From Phycisphaerae bacterium (GTDB lineage Bacteria; Planctomycetota; Phycisphaerae; UBA1845): a DNA stretch of 64,000 bases. Both the position numbers and the translations under genes were made by a program. This document shows, one piece after another, positions 53,201 through 61,815 of this stretch (the first letter of the stretch is position 1; every line of letters starts with the position of its first letter). The notes under the pieces were generated by a model that was not told the origin of the DNA, searched no databases, and saw only the letters and a list, made by a program, of their open reading frames with translations. The stretch spans positions 1 to 64,000 of the forward strand of contig CAXXGO010000001.1 in assembly GCA_963666835.2 (NCBI GenBank), given 5' to 3'.

Positions 53201-56200
53201 CGAACTCGAATACGCCGCGGTGGACGAAGTGGTCGAGTATCTGTCGAGCCGTTTCGGGGATTCCACCGGCTCCAGCACCGGCAAGAAGAACTCCAAAGGA
53301 CGCGGAAGTACGACGACCGCGACAACTGCTACGGGCGGGCTGCTGAATACGGCCAGCTTCGTAGCTTTTCCCACGCTCAATCTGATTTCGGCACAAGCGG
53401 TAGAAGAGCAGATTGCGGAGATTGATGAGCTGATCGCTCAGCTCGATGTGCCCAACGCGGGCGAGGTGTTCCAGTCGGTCGCTCTAACGTATGCCGATGC
53501 CGCCTTGGTGGCCGACACGCTTACGGCGATGTTTGGCAGCACGGGCTCCGCGGGCGGGGGGCGTAAGACCGGCGGAAGGAACCGCAGCGCAAACACCGCG
53601 ACAGCCGCTGCCGGGCCGACCTTCATCGGAGAAGAGGGCACCAAGATTGTTTTCTTCGCCGCGCCGGAGCGCATGCACGAGCGGATTCACGAGGTCATCC
53701 GGGAACTCGAGGAGCAATCCAAAGGCAGCAAGACGGTCCGCACCATCATACTGGCTCACGCCAAGCCCAGCGTGGTCGCCGAGGCTATCCAAGAGGCCTA
53801 CGGCGGAACCAGCGGCGGGCGAGGTGGCCGGGGCGGCAGGGGCCACCAGGCGACCACGACGGGTTTTACGGTAACGCCGTCGGACGATTCGAAGCGGATC
53901 TTCGTCATGGCCGACGACACGACCTTCGGCGAGATCAAGTCGCTGGCCGAGATGCTCGACGTGCCGCCGGAGATCGGGTTCGACTTCCGAATCTACAAAC
54001 TTGAGTACGCCAGCGCCAGAATAGTCTACGAGACCCTGAACAAGCTGGTTACGGATTTCGTGCGGGCTAAAGGGCGCGAAGGCGGGCAGATCGAAGCTTT
54101 TGCCGTCGAGGTCGACGACAAGGCCAACGCTCTGGTCGTGCTGGGTGGGCAGGTGGTCTTCGACTTCGTCGAGAATGCTTTGGTCAACATCGACACCCCG
54201 GCGAACGCGGCGAGCCCGCCGGGCTTCTTGATGGTGCCGCTGAAGACCGCGGACGCTACCGAGGTCGCCCAGAGCATCACCCGGCTCTGGAACCAGAAGA
54301 CCATGCCGCCGGGAGAGCTTCCTCCACAGGCGGAGGCGAACCGGCTCTTGAACGTTCTGATTGTCCGGGGTACGCAAGATCAGATTGACGAGATTCGACG
54401 CGATATCATCGACCCGCTGGATAGCTACACGCCTCCGGCGCTGCTCGCCGAGACGATTACGCTTAAGTATGCCCAAGCCGAAGAGGTGGCGGACGCGATC
54501 AGCCGGGTCTTCGAAGATACGCGCGAGGCGTACCGAACCATGGCCGGCGGCGGTGGCAAGCAGCCCCCGGCGCTGGAAATGACCGTAGCGATTACGCCCG
54601 ACGCCGCCACGAACCAGGTCATCGTGCAGGCGAGCGAAACGAACATGGGCAAGATCAAGGCCCGCATCGCCGAGCTGGATCGCGAGGACATCGCCAGCCG
54701 GTCGGCGACCTCGACCAAGGTTTACACTCTCGATACCGCCGATCCGAACGCCGTGGTGAACATGATCCGGGAGTGGACCCGCACCCAGCAGCAGCGGGCC
54801 GGGCGCAACCAGACCCCGACAGCGCGGGACACCATCGTGGCAGTGGCCGAACCGACCACGCAGTCCGTGGTGGTGACCGCCAGTGAGATGAACCACCGGC
54901 TGATTCAGGACGTCATCGACGGATTGGACAACGAAACCGTCGCAGCGCGGGAGCGCCAGCGCCATGTCATGCCGTTGCGGTTTGCCGCGGCCGGCGAGGT
55001 CGCCAACCAGTTGACCCAAGTGTTCAGGAACGTGACCCGGCGACGCGGAGATACGGGCCCGGCATTCGTGGCCGACACTATCGGCAATACCGTCGTTGTG
55101 AGTGTCAACGCCGAGGAGTATGCCGAGGTTGAACAGCTCGTCACCGCGCTCGACCAGGAGCCGGGGATTGATACCCAGCGCATTACGAAGGTCTACCCGC
55201 TGATCTATGCCGATCCGGCAAGCGTCAACACGGTTGTGGTGAATATGTTCCGCTCCACGGGGCGGGCGCAGACCGGCCCGCTGGACCAGGTCGCCTCTTC
55301 ACCCGAAACGGCGACGCGGGCGGTGGTGGTAACCGCTTCGACCAAGAACCAGGAAGTGGTGGCCGCGATGATCGAGGCGTTGGACAAGGAGTCCACGTTC
55401 ACCAAGGTCATGCACACGTACCAGCTTCAGAAGGCTAATGCCGAGGAAGTTGCTACTGCCTTGCAGGAAGTCTATCGCGCGCGGCGCTCGAACATCCGGG
55501 GCGATACTCCGGTGCAGATCACGCCCGAGGCGGCCACGAACTCGCTGCTGATTCTGGCGAACCAGACCGAAATGGACGAGCTGTCCGGGTTGATCAAATC
55601 GCTGGATGTCGAGCCGATGGCCGAGCGCCAGCGACAGGTTCGCAGCTTCCCTCTCGCCGACGCCGACCCATGGAGCGTGCAGGAAGCAATCAACAAGCTG
55701 TTCCGCGGAAGCGGGAGAAACGAGCGCGATCAGGTCACCGCGGTAGCCGAATGGGGTTCGCAGTCGGTGATCGTATCGGCCTCGCCCGAGAACATGGTCC
55801 GCATCGAAGAGCTGGTGGCCCAGTTCGATGTTGAAGGAGCGGCCGAGCAGGCCGTCCACGTGATCGCCCTGGAGAGCACCGATGCCGAGTCGGTGTCGCA
55901 GACCCTCAACGAGATTTTCGTGAAGTCGGCCCCGCGGCAGCAGGGCAATCAAGAGGTGCCGATCTCGATCGCGGCGCTGCGCGGCTCGAAGGCGGTCGTG
56001 GTTAAGTGCAAAGATGATGACTTCGCCCGAATCCAGGCCGCTGTGGCCGAGTTGGATCGCGAAGACGCGGTCATTGGCGAAGAGGTCCGCGTAGTGACCT
56101 TGCTGTACAGCAACGCGGAGGAAGTCAAGACGGCCGTGCAGGAGTATCTGCGCAAGCCCGGTGGCAGCGCGGGACGCGGCACCGCCGAGTTGGCCGGGGA

Positions 56201-56963
56201 TGTCCGGCTGGCCGTACTGGACCAGACCAACGCTGTGGTCGTCAGCGGGGATCTGACCCGGGTCGAGCACATCGAGAAGCTGATCACCGAGATGGACATC
56301 GCGGGCGAGAAGGGCTCGATTCCGCAGATCATTGTTCTGCAATACCTGAACGTCGGGCGGGTTCTGCCCAGCCTCGAAGAGATGTTCGAGGAACGTCGGG
56401 GCGGCGGACGCTCGGGGCAGCAGCCGCCGGTGATTGTGGCGAACGAGAACCTCAATGCCCTGGTTGTCCGCGGCAGTCCTACGGATGTGCGAGCGATTGA
56501 GGCGATTGTCGCGAAGCTCGATACGGAAGAGGCCGGGGACAAGCCCAACTACCGCGTGATCCGGGTCGCTACCGGGATCAATGTCGAGGACTTAGCCGAG
56601 AAGATCGAAACGACAATCAACGAAGGCGTGGCCGCCCAGCAAGGTTCCTCCGGCGGGCGCAGCGGAAGGCAGATGGCCGGAATCACGGTGACTTCGGATC
56701 GACGGACTAACTCGTTGATGGTGGCCGGGACGCCGACGCTCTTCGACGAAGCAGAGCAACTGGCTCGGGCGATGGAAGAAATGGGCCCCGCGGGCGGTTC
56801 GCAAATGCGGATCATCAAACTGCGCGGCACGCCTTCGGACGAGGTGATCCGATTGATCGAGCAGTTGAAGGGCGAGGAGAGCGGAAGCAGCAAGAAGTCC
56901 GGATCGTCGCGTCGGCGGAGTAGTAGCGGCGGTTCGCGAAGTGGCGGCAGCCGGGGGCGCTAA
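47256..56963 (+). CDS. Giant secretin N-domain repeat protein (~3235 aa) lacking the secretin pore domain
   Basis: AGGAGAGG RBS; signal peptide ending AVGYA; N0-like domain; about 31 NolW/secretin-N repeats by manual count; no PQV/IP.LGD.P motifs. Confidence 0.88.
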   Translation: MNARPNDSIQQTLRRLGVGLAVVVFGLSAAVGYAQSPPPSGNEKTNKKAPGAKETPGDKTPSSKRASSPRRAPKAKEDAGDKKPSRRTKPPSDKKTSDSDEKAADGSKSAEEEDSKSSRPAQRTHRRPAGEEKEDTKESDPKEPSPTGPKKVEEKPEIDADLRRQVDALIDSPPEDAEDSEKPEPRSRGSKRVSPSEVGLVKPGMGTTTTGPRPGTEGPEPKGPTTTLDIPAREASVPAEERTYWFSIKDGSYEQLVEGIARETGLGVMGESPKDGKVTFVTEEELTFDQLIKRVQMVLFNYKPHDPYWLLREDTHLEVIRITDYYRRLPRERMYPSIEEYRAANLPKDELALVLYTPQAGSIADLTVIRDFMPDYVRVTPLEERNTVSIFALSRDIEKYMDLIPIFVGDNDDPRTLELIDVEHILASEALEKLRTLMDLEASGAARPAPRPKARGASPLTGAEAPEVSVVPDDARGVIIVRAMPDKIREIKQLLPYLDVDTTRSYDPVVIKVVHTEPTELVATIQQLLSAAEPAAQPGTPTSKTTTRRRDRKSKGSRRGSSGASSVVLDEITLMPHPSARAIIVMASQDDVVRVRHFVEMFDVEDGVHNHSIALEYIDAEEVVATITELMAAGTAGTDTFTLVPDPKGRNMWFSGSEHLLAQIEEIVAAVDTADDVVTLHIHHLVNRTPSFVVGILEQMENTGATATGGKANRPTRRRGSRKAPKATPQATPGSKFTADDEQGQLFVLCTEQEWEEYLVIIEQLESETISEVPVLITVENLTPDEAINKLGTLLSDQQLAKMRFETTEAEIIVMGASELDLASIRSLLAELDRPLDIVQRTFEILYADPAELVSALNTLVSDEAGGNSAAKPGPPRKGARATRPVASRASSSELTIVELGKFLIVRTTPEKMERVAEFITEFDIEEDKRTIRVYDDFPIGTDLEDLTDTLTSLMPGDAPETAKPKGRASRATTTGAGGLRIVPRPALGKLIVIATPEEFVEVEKLLDVLRSEDQLGPTEMDFVNVEYADPAEVVEAIEPLLDLRIEQMIRTGELSAAYGGGGEATPKISRHRGKNVPAPAAAASGGGDYHLAADERMSRIVVFGPGPIVAAVRDLVRQFDVPGDTPDAVDIAFVPVEHGDPEELVEMVEPFLSMRVDELVAAGSLSAGTVEDPSATTPKRGVKGPKRGTTPRSKSGDDKRYHLAPDERNNRIVVAAPQIVIEEATRLIGEFDRPDAETDITFVTVELQNADPDEMVKAIKEMLGSGGRAGTRRAKGAKAAATAGSTDTDKLTVAAAPGGSALILRGPTEDVETATEWIEHLDNMSASGREIKTYEIRRADLRRLVDLVMYDVDSGGSKPAGKKRAAPRGKSRGVAEAPVEDEFETTITRSGADLYIQADLIARTMVVSAPPIKLARIDEIVAQMDTEEESGITGKEVPKFFYELKHVDAIDALFDLEAVLDVMWEPSTDLPKVDYAPFGETLIIKYPDERRFPEIEALIVKYVDKVPPEDLVLDREAFTPPTGMSPRDTYLWLKMNYPDYEFELIDISTIKESDYPITEVQPATRQAQANPCVLPLAFKQMADAALAIATGQTEPDQPQDDPQEDPPSDREEAEDEPAPEDDDGGYEDSDDYEESYEEPVGGEAGAPEGARPAGMTEAEERSRIRALLDEKEKRRTAKPTGEKIKVFIDESSGGVFLEGKAGILKDADEWMDKLKKEIETLPTMPDIRVFQVKHIDVYAAQEVLNEMFNATQSQRQAVTAAQRRAQQQQQAAQRRAQQQRTAKGQEEEQDKDGRQSRRGQQTQQQQVPQLPAESVRIFPNPRDRTLIVRAESTQFAVIKKLLATIDRPQPIESIHRVFQLKKLNATEVEELLRDWLGLDEQQTSQRRTSSSSNRARNARSGAAQTRQTRSTGAAGRLPKTLMQHSPTAGELGVDPRDIKISSNPETNTVLAMAPKVAIEYIADLIEDLESQEIEERIWKTYELEYAAVDEVVEYLSSRFGDSTGSSTGKKNSKGRGSTTTATTATGGLLNTASFVAFPTLNLISAQAVEEQIAEIDELIAQLDVPNAGEVFQSVALTYADAALVADTLTAMFGSTGSAGGGRKTGGRNRSANTATAAAGPTFIGEEGTKIVFFAAPERMHERIHEVIRELEEQSKGSKTVRTIILAHAKPSVVAEAIQEAYGGTSGGRGGRGGRGHQATTTGFTVTPSDDSKRIFVMADDTTFGEIKSLAEMLDVPPEIGFDFRIYKLEYASARIVYETLNKLVTDFVRAKGREGGQIEAFAVEVDDKANALVVLGGQVVFDFVENALVNIDTPANAASPPGFLMVPLKTADATEVAQSITRLWNQKTMPPGELPPQAEANRLLNVLIVRGTQDQIDEIRRDIIDPLDSYTPPALLAETITLKYAQAEEVADAISRVFEDTREAYRTMAGGGGKQPPALEMTVAITPDAATNQVIVQASETNMGKIKARIAELDREDIASRSATSTKVYTLDTADPNAVVNMIREWTRTQQQRAGRNQTPTARDTIVAVAEPTTQSVVVTASEMNHRLIQDVIDGLDNETVAARERQRHVMPLRFAAAGEVANQLTQVFRNVTRRRGDTGPAFVADTIGNTVVVSVNAEEYAEVEQLVTALDQEPGIDTQRITKVYPLIYADPASVNTVVVNMFRSTGRAQTGPLDQVASSPETATRAVVVTASTKNQEVVAAMIEALDKESTFTKVMHTYQLQKANAEEVATALQEVYRARRSNIRGDTPVQITPEAATNSLLILANQTEMDELSGLIKSLDVEPMAERQRQVRSFPLADADPWSVQEAINKLFRGSGRNERDQVTAVAEWGSQSVIVSASPENMVRIEELVAQFDVEGAAEQAVHVIALESTDAESVSQTLNEIFVKSAPRQQGNQEVPISIAALRGSKAVVVKCKDDDFARIQAAVAELDREDAVIGEEVRVVTLLYSNAEEVKTAVQEYLRKPGGSAGRGTAELAGDVRLAVLDQTNAVVVSGDLTRVEHIEKLITEMDIAGEKGSIPQIIVLQYLNVGRVLPSLEEMFEERRGGGRSGQQPPVIVANENLNALVVRGSPTDVRAIEAIVAKLDTEEAGDKPNYRVIRVATGINVEDLAEKIETTINEGVAAQQGSSGGRSGRQMAGITVTSDRRTNSLMVAGTPTLFDEAEQLARAMEEMGPAGGSQMRIIKLRGTPSDEVIRLIEQLKGEESGSSKKSGSSRRRSSSGGSRSGGSRGR

Positions 56964-57172
56964 CCCGGTTTCGCAGAGTGAGGTAAGGCATGTTGGATGG
57001 CCGAGTTCTCAGAGTCCGCCGAGCGGCGGGCACCCGCGTCGAGCGGATCCGGCTCATCAGAGCCGCCCGGGAGGCAGAAGCACGGATGGAGCCGACCGGT
57101 CTGCCGGAAAGCCTGATGAGTGGAAGCAAGCGGTCAGGGCGAGGATGCCGGACCGTAGAGAGGTTATAGATC

Positions 57173-60100
57173 ATGCGCGCGAGCAATAAGGTGTTGACTA
57201 TGCGGGCACACGTTTCAAGGCCGTCGGTCTGGTGGAGTGTTGTCGTTCTGGCGGTGGGTCTCATCGCCGCCCCTCCGGTCGTTAGAGCTGAGAACGGGAC
57301 CAACCCACCGAAGAAGCCGGCCGCCCCTGCGGCGGAGTCGGACGAACAGCGCGAACCGGATGCCGTCGATATGGGCGAGCTGCCGGCCGTGCAGGGCATC
57401 GACGACGTGACACTGTCCGGGGCGGAGCTGGACTATGAGATGGTCGGAGACCAGATCATCCTCAAGGGCGCCCAGCAGGACCTGGACTTGTTGGAAGCGT
57501 TGATCGGCACGTTGGAAGGTGCCCGAGAGCAGAAGGTCCTGCGGATCGTCACCGTAAAGGCCAAGGATGCCAATGAGATCGCCCGGACGGTGGAGCAGCC
57601 TCTGCGCGACATCTTCTACGAGCCTAACCAGCGCACGGAGGATCAGCTTTCGGTCACGGCCCTGTCGTCGAACATCTTATTGGTCGCGGCACTGCCCGAT
57701 CAGATCGACTTCGTGATAAGCGTGGTGGAGAGCGCCGACGCCGTACCGGACGACATCGGTAAGGTCGAGCAGCTCGTGTTCGCGGTCAAGCACCGCAAGG
57801 CCAGCGACGTGGCGGATCAACTGCGGGAGATGATCACGAAACTGCGTCAAAAGCAGGGTTCCAGCGGCGCCGAGGACGAGTTCCAGATCGTCCCGAACAA
57901 CGCCAACAACACCATTGTCGTTCTGGCTCCCGAGTCGGAGCGTAAGAAGATCCAGACCTTGCTGGACGGGATCGACGTAGAGCCGGTCAGCGGCTGGGGC
58001 GAGGTCAAACTGACGTTCTTCCCGCTGTTGCACTCGAAGTCCAACGAGTTGAGCCAAGTGATCGAGGATCTCCTGGAGTCTCAGCAGGATCGCGAGGCGG
58101 CCGAGGAGACGGTCTATCGCCTGCTCATCAGCAAGGCCATGCCCGACGGGCAACGCATCGAGCTTCCCCCGATCGACCTGCAAAAGCCGACCCGGGTGAT
58201 TCCCGACGAGGGGACGAACAGTCTGATCGTAGCCACGGTGGAAGAGAACGTCGGACCGATGGGCGAGCTGATCCGCTTGCTCGATAACGTGGCGATTGCC
58301 GAGGACGTGGAAGTCAAGCTGTTTCCGCTCCGATTCGCGGATGCCGAGACGGTGCGGGATCTGCTGCAGGATATGTTCGAGAACGCCACTGAGCTGACCG
58401 AGGACCCCGACGGCAGCGGAGAGAACGCCGTGCCGCCCGGAGAGGTTGGTAGGGCTTTAGTCTACAACCTGGGAACGGCCGCGGATACGCGGACGAACAC
58501 GCTGCTGGTGACCGGCCGGCCGGAGCAGGTTCAACTGGCCGAGCGAATCGTCAAGGACCTGGATCGCCCCGTAACGGCGTTGAAGTTCCCGCTCCGGCTC
58601 ATCCATCTGGAACACGTCGACGTGTCGCAGATCAGCCAGCTTATCCGGGATCTGCTCGACCAGCGGTTCGAGGCGCTGGAGGCTACGGGGGGCGGGAAAT
58701 CCGCAACGGAACTCGAGCGCGTGTTCCTCAACGTCGATCTGCGGAGCAATTCGCTGATCGTCGCGGCGTCGGAAGAGAACTACCAGGAGGTGGTTGAGAT
58801 CGCCCGGCGCCTCGATACCCGACCGGACCAGGTGTTCGACCAGATTCGGATAATCGAGTGCCAGCGGCTGGCCGCATTGGACCTGAAAGAGAAGATCGAG
58901 GAACTCTGGCAGCGCAAGTCGAGTTTGCGTCAGGACGCGGAATTGCCGGAAGATTCGCCGATCGTCGTTGCGGACGAGCGGAGTAACTCGCTGGTGGTGG
59001 CGTCGAACCGGGAGGATTTCGAAGAGATCAAGAAGCTGGTCGAGACGCTCGAGAAGCGGCCCTTGATCGACGATACCCGCCTGTTCAACCTCGAGCACAC
59101 CGATGCCATTGTTCTGGCAGAGATGCTCGATGAACTGTTCCAGGGCATGGAAGGCACTACGGAGGCGTTCAAAGCTCCGACCATTATCCCCGACGCACGC
59201 TCCAACGCTCTGGTGGTCGCAGCGACCCGGGACAGTATGGAGCGGGTGGAGGAGATCGTCGCCCGGCTCGACGTCGAAGCCGGGCCCATGACCGCGATCT
59301 TCAAGGTGTATCCGCTCAAGCACGGCTCGGCGAACAAGCTGGCTATGCGCATGCAGGAGCTGTTCGACTCTCGCGCCGAAGGGCAGGAGTTGAACCGCAC
59401 GCCGATCGTCGTCCTGGCGGATGAGTCGTCGAACAGCCTGGTGACCAGCGCTTCGCGCGACGATCACCGGGTGATGGCGGACCTGCTCAGTCTGCTGGAT
59501 CGCCCGTCCAGTATCGCCCGGCAGTTCGAGATCTTCCCGCTGAAGCTGGCCAGGGCTACGTCGGTCAAGGAACGTCTCGATACCCTGTTCGAGGCGCAAG
59601 CGGAAGGGACCGAGGGCAGCGCCGTGGCGATCGCCGCAGAGGCGGACGAGCGTACGAACTCGATCATCGTGTGGGCCTCGCCGGCGGAGATGGAGAACGT
59701 CGGGGAGGTCATCGGGCGGTTGGATAAGGCAAAGCCGGTCCGGGAGATGGCCGTCAGACTTATCCAGCTCAAGCAGGCGCTCGCCGAAGATTTCGCCACG
59801 CTGCTCGAAGAGTCCATCATCGGGGAGAACGCCGGCGAAGACGATGAGCCGGCCGTGATTCTGAAGCAGAAGTACACTGACAAGCACGGCAACCAGGCCG
59901 AACGCACGCTGCTTCGACAGGACATCTCGGTCAAGGCGGACCCGCGGACCAACTCACTGCTGGTTACCGCGCCGGCGGACAGCCTGGCCATGCTCGAGGA
60001 GATGATAAAAGACTTCGACCGGGTGAATCCGATTCGGTCGGAGATTCGCCTCTTCCCGCTGCTCAACAGCGACGCCGAGAGTATGGTCGATCAGCTCACC

Positions 60101-61810
60101 GACATTTTCAGCTCGGAGGGCGGCGAGGATGGGGAGACCAGGACCCAGTTGCTGTTCGGGGCGGGAATGGAGGATCTGGACTTCGCCAGCGTCGGGCAGG
60201 AGCTGCGCCTGGCGGCGGATCAAAGAACCAACACGCTTATCGCCGCCGGTGCGGAGGTCGACCTGCGCATGGTCGAGGACTTGGTGTATGCCCTCGATGC
60301 GCAGGAGGCGGAGGACCGGGTGGTGGAGGTCTACCACGCGAAGTTCCGCGATGGTCAGGATCTTTCCAACGCCATCCAGGGGTTCGTTCAGCAAGAGCAG
60401 GACGTGCTGGGCGAGCTAGACGACGAAGAGGCCCGGATGCGCCGCATGGAGCGGCAGGTTTCGGTCGAGAGTCTCGGCAACGAGGAGGACGGCAGCAGCA
60501 GCCTTATTGTCGGAATGAGCCGCCGCGAGCACCAACGCACGATGGAGATGATCGCCCAGCTCGATAGGCCGGAACCGCAGGTTATGATTCGCGTGTTGAT
60601 CGCCGAAGTGACTTTGAACGACAGTGCCGAGCTGGGAGTCGAGATCGCAGGGCAGGATTTGAACTTCTCCGACAGCGCCGTGCTCGGTCCCAACGGGATC
60701 GTGCAAGGACCGGACTTCGATTGGGTTGCGGGTACGGACTTGGGCTCGGCCGGGCTCGGTTTGGGTGGCTTCAACTTCACCCTGACCGGCGAGGACTTCA
60801 GTTTTCTGTTCCACGCTCTGCAGCAGAACAACCGGACGGAGATTCTGTCGCGGCCGCTGCTCGTCGTCCGCAACGGTGAGGAGGGTATGATCAAGGTCGC
60901 CGACGAAGTGCCGATTGTGGAATCCTCGCGATTGAGTGACACGGGGCAGACTCAGTCGACGATCGGGCGGGAAGACGTTGGTATCGTCCTGACGGCCACC
61001 CCGCACATCAGTCCGGACGGCTACGTTTCGATCCAGATCAAGCAGGAGATTTCGAACATTGCCGGTGAAGATGTGCAACTTACCGAGGGTGTAAGTTCGC
61101 CGATCTTCCAGTCGCGCGAGGTCGAGACCGACGTGACGGTCCGAGATGGTGAAACGGTGATCATTGGTGGGTTGATTCAGCACCGCAAGTCGGATGGGGA
61201 GAACAAGATCCCGATTCTCGGTGATCTGCCGCTGTTGGGCCCTCTGTTCCGTTCGACCAGTACGTCAGACGACCGGTCGGAGTTGATGGTCGTCCTGACG
61301 GTCGACATTCTGCGGACCGATGAGGATATGCACCGGATCTCCACCGAGCAGCGCGAAATGTACGATTTCAGTCCGTGGATGAGCCAGAGCCGGCTTATGG
61401 AAGGACTCCGGATCCTCCCGGAAGACACGAAGCTCGGCCCGACCGAGGATTCCCCGTCGAAAACCGAGCCGCGCTTACGCACTCGGCCGGATGAACGCCA
61501 ACTTTACGGTCCGAAGCCGCGGGTCTACGGCCCGACCATCAAGAGTCCGGCCGCCAAGACGAGTACGGCGAACGGTCCGGTCTACGGACCTGCGGTCAAA
61601 CGTTCGACGCGCGGTCCGGATGCGACTCCGCGGTCGGACTCACCGGCGCCCGTCAAGCAACCTCTGGCGTTGGCGGATACGGCGCTGGTGCCGGTTTTCG
61701 GTCCGGCTTGTCTGCAACCTCCGGAATCTAACGCGGAAGTCGAGCCGGTCTACGGTTCGACCCTGCGAAGCAGAACGGTAAAGCCCGTAATGGACGCTCC
61801 GCTGGAGTAA
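57173..61810 (+). CDS. gspD: Secretin (GspD-like) with ~12 N-domain repeats
   Basis: Signal peptide (start may be 57200); repeated D.R.N.LIV units; pore domain PQVMIRVLIAEV, ILSRP, DVGIVL.ATPHI, GETVIIGGL, KIPILGDLPLLGPLF. Confidence 0.93.
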   Translation: MRASNKVLTMRAHVSRPSVWWSVVVLAVGLIAAPPVVRAENGTNPPKKPAAPAAESDEQREPDAVDMGELPAVQGIDDVTLSGAELDYEMVGDQIILKGAQQDLDLLEALIGTLEGAREQKVLRIVTVKAKDANEIARTVEQPLRDIFYEPNQRTEDQLSVTALSSNILLVAALPDQIDFVISVVESADAVPDDIGKVEQLVFAVKHRKASDVADQLREMITKLRQKQGSSGAEDEFQIVPNNANNTIVVLAPESERKKIQTLLDGIDVEPVSGWGEVKLTFFPLLHSKSNELSQVIEDLLESQQDREAAEETVYRLLISKAMPDGQRIELPPIDLQKPTRVIPDEGTNSLIVATVEENVGPMGELIRLLDNVAIAEDVEVKLFPLRFADAETVRDLLQDMFENATELTEDPDGSGENAVPPGEVGRALVYNLGTAADTRTNTLLVTGRPEQVQLAERIVKDLDRPVTALKFPLRLIHLEHVDVSQISQLIRDLLDQRFEALEATGGGKSATELERVFLNVDLRSNSLIVAASEENYQEVVEIARRLDTRPDQVFDQIRIIECQRLAALDLKEKIEELWQRKSSLRQDAELPEDSPIVVADERSNSLVVASNREDFEEIKKLVETLEKRPLIDDTRLFNLEHTDAIVLAEMLDELFQGMEGTTEAFKAPTIIPDARSNALVVAATRDSMERVEEIVARLDVEAGPMTAIFKVYPLKHGSANKLAMRMQELFDSRAEGQELNRTPIVVLADESSNSLVTSASRDDHRVMADLLSLLDRPSSIARQFEIFPLKLARATSVKERLDTLFEAQAEGTEGSAVAIAAEADERTNSIIVWASPAEMENVGEVIGRLDKAKPVREMAVRLIQLKQALAEDFATLLEESIIGENAGEDDEPAVILKQKYTDKHGNQAERTLLRQDISVKADPRTNSLLVTAPADSLAMLEEMIKDFDRVNPIRSEIRLFPLLNSDAESMVDQLTDIFSSEGGEDGETRTQLLFGAGMEDLDFASVGQELRLAADQRTNTLIAAGAEVDLRMVEDLVYALDAQEAEDRVVEVYHAKFRDGQDLSNAIQGFVQQEQDVLGELDDEEARMRRMERQVSVESLGNEEDGSSSLIVGMSRREHQRTMEMIAQLDRPEPQVMIRVLIAEVTLNDSAELGVEIAGQDLNFSDSAVLGPNGIVQGPDFDWVAGTDLGSAGLGLGGFNFTLTGEDFSFLFHALQQNNRTEILSRPLLVVRNGEEGMIKVADEVPIVESSRLSDTGQTQSTIGREDVGIVLTATPHISPDGYVSIQIKQEISNIAGEDVQLTEGVSSPIFQSREVETDVTVRDGETVIIGGLIQHRKSDGENKIPILGDLPLLGPLFRSTSTSDDRSELMVVLTVDILRTDEDMHRISTEQREMYDFSPWMSQSRLMEGLRILPEDTKLGPTEDSPSKTEPRLRTRPDERQLYGPKPRVYGPTIKSPAAKTSTANGPVYGPAVKRSTRGPDATPRSDSPAPVKQPLALADTALVPVFGPACLQPPESNAEVEPVYGSTLRSRTVKPVMDAPLE

Positions 61811-61815
61811 GGACG

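Noticed and set aside
56964..57172. Sequencing error splitting one secretin gene
   Set aside because: The second gene has its own signal peptide and the first ends in a distinct low-complexity tail, so a single indel would not explain it; read-level confirmation is still needed.
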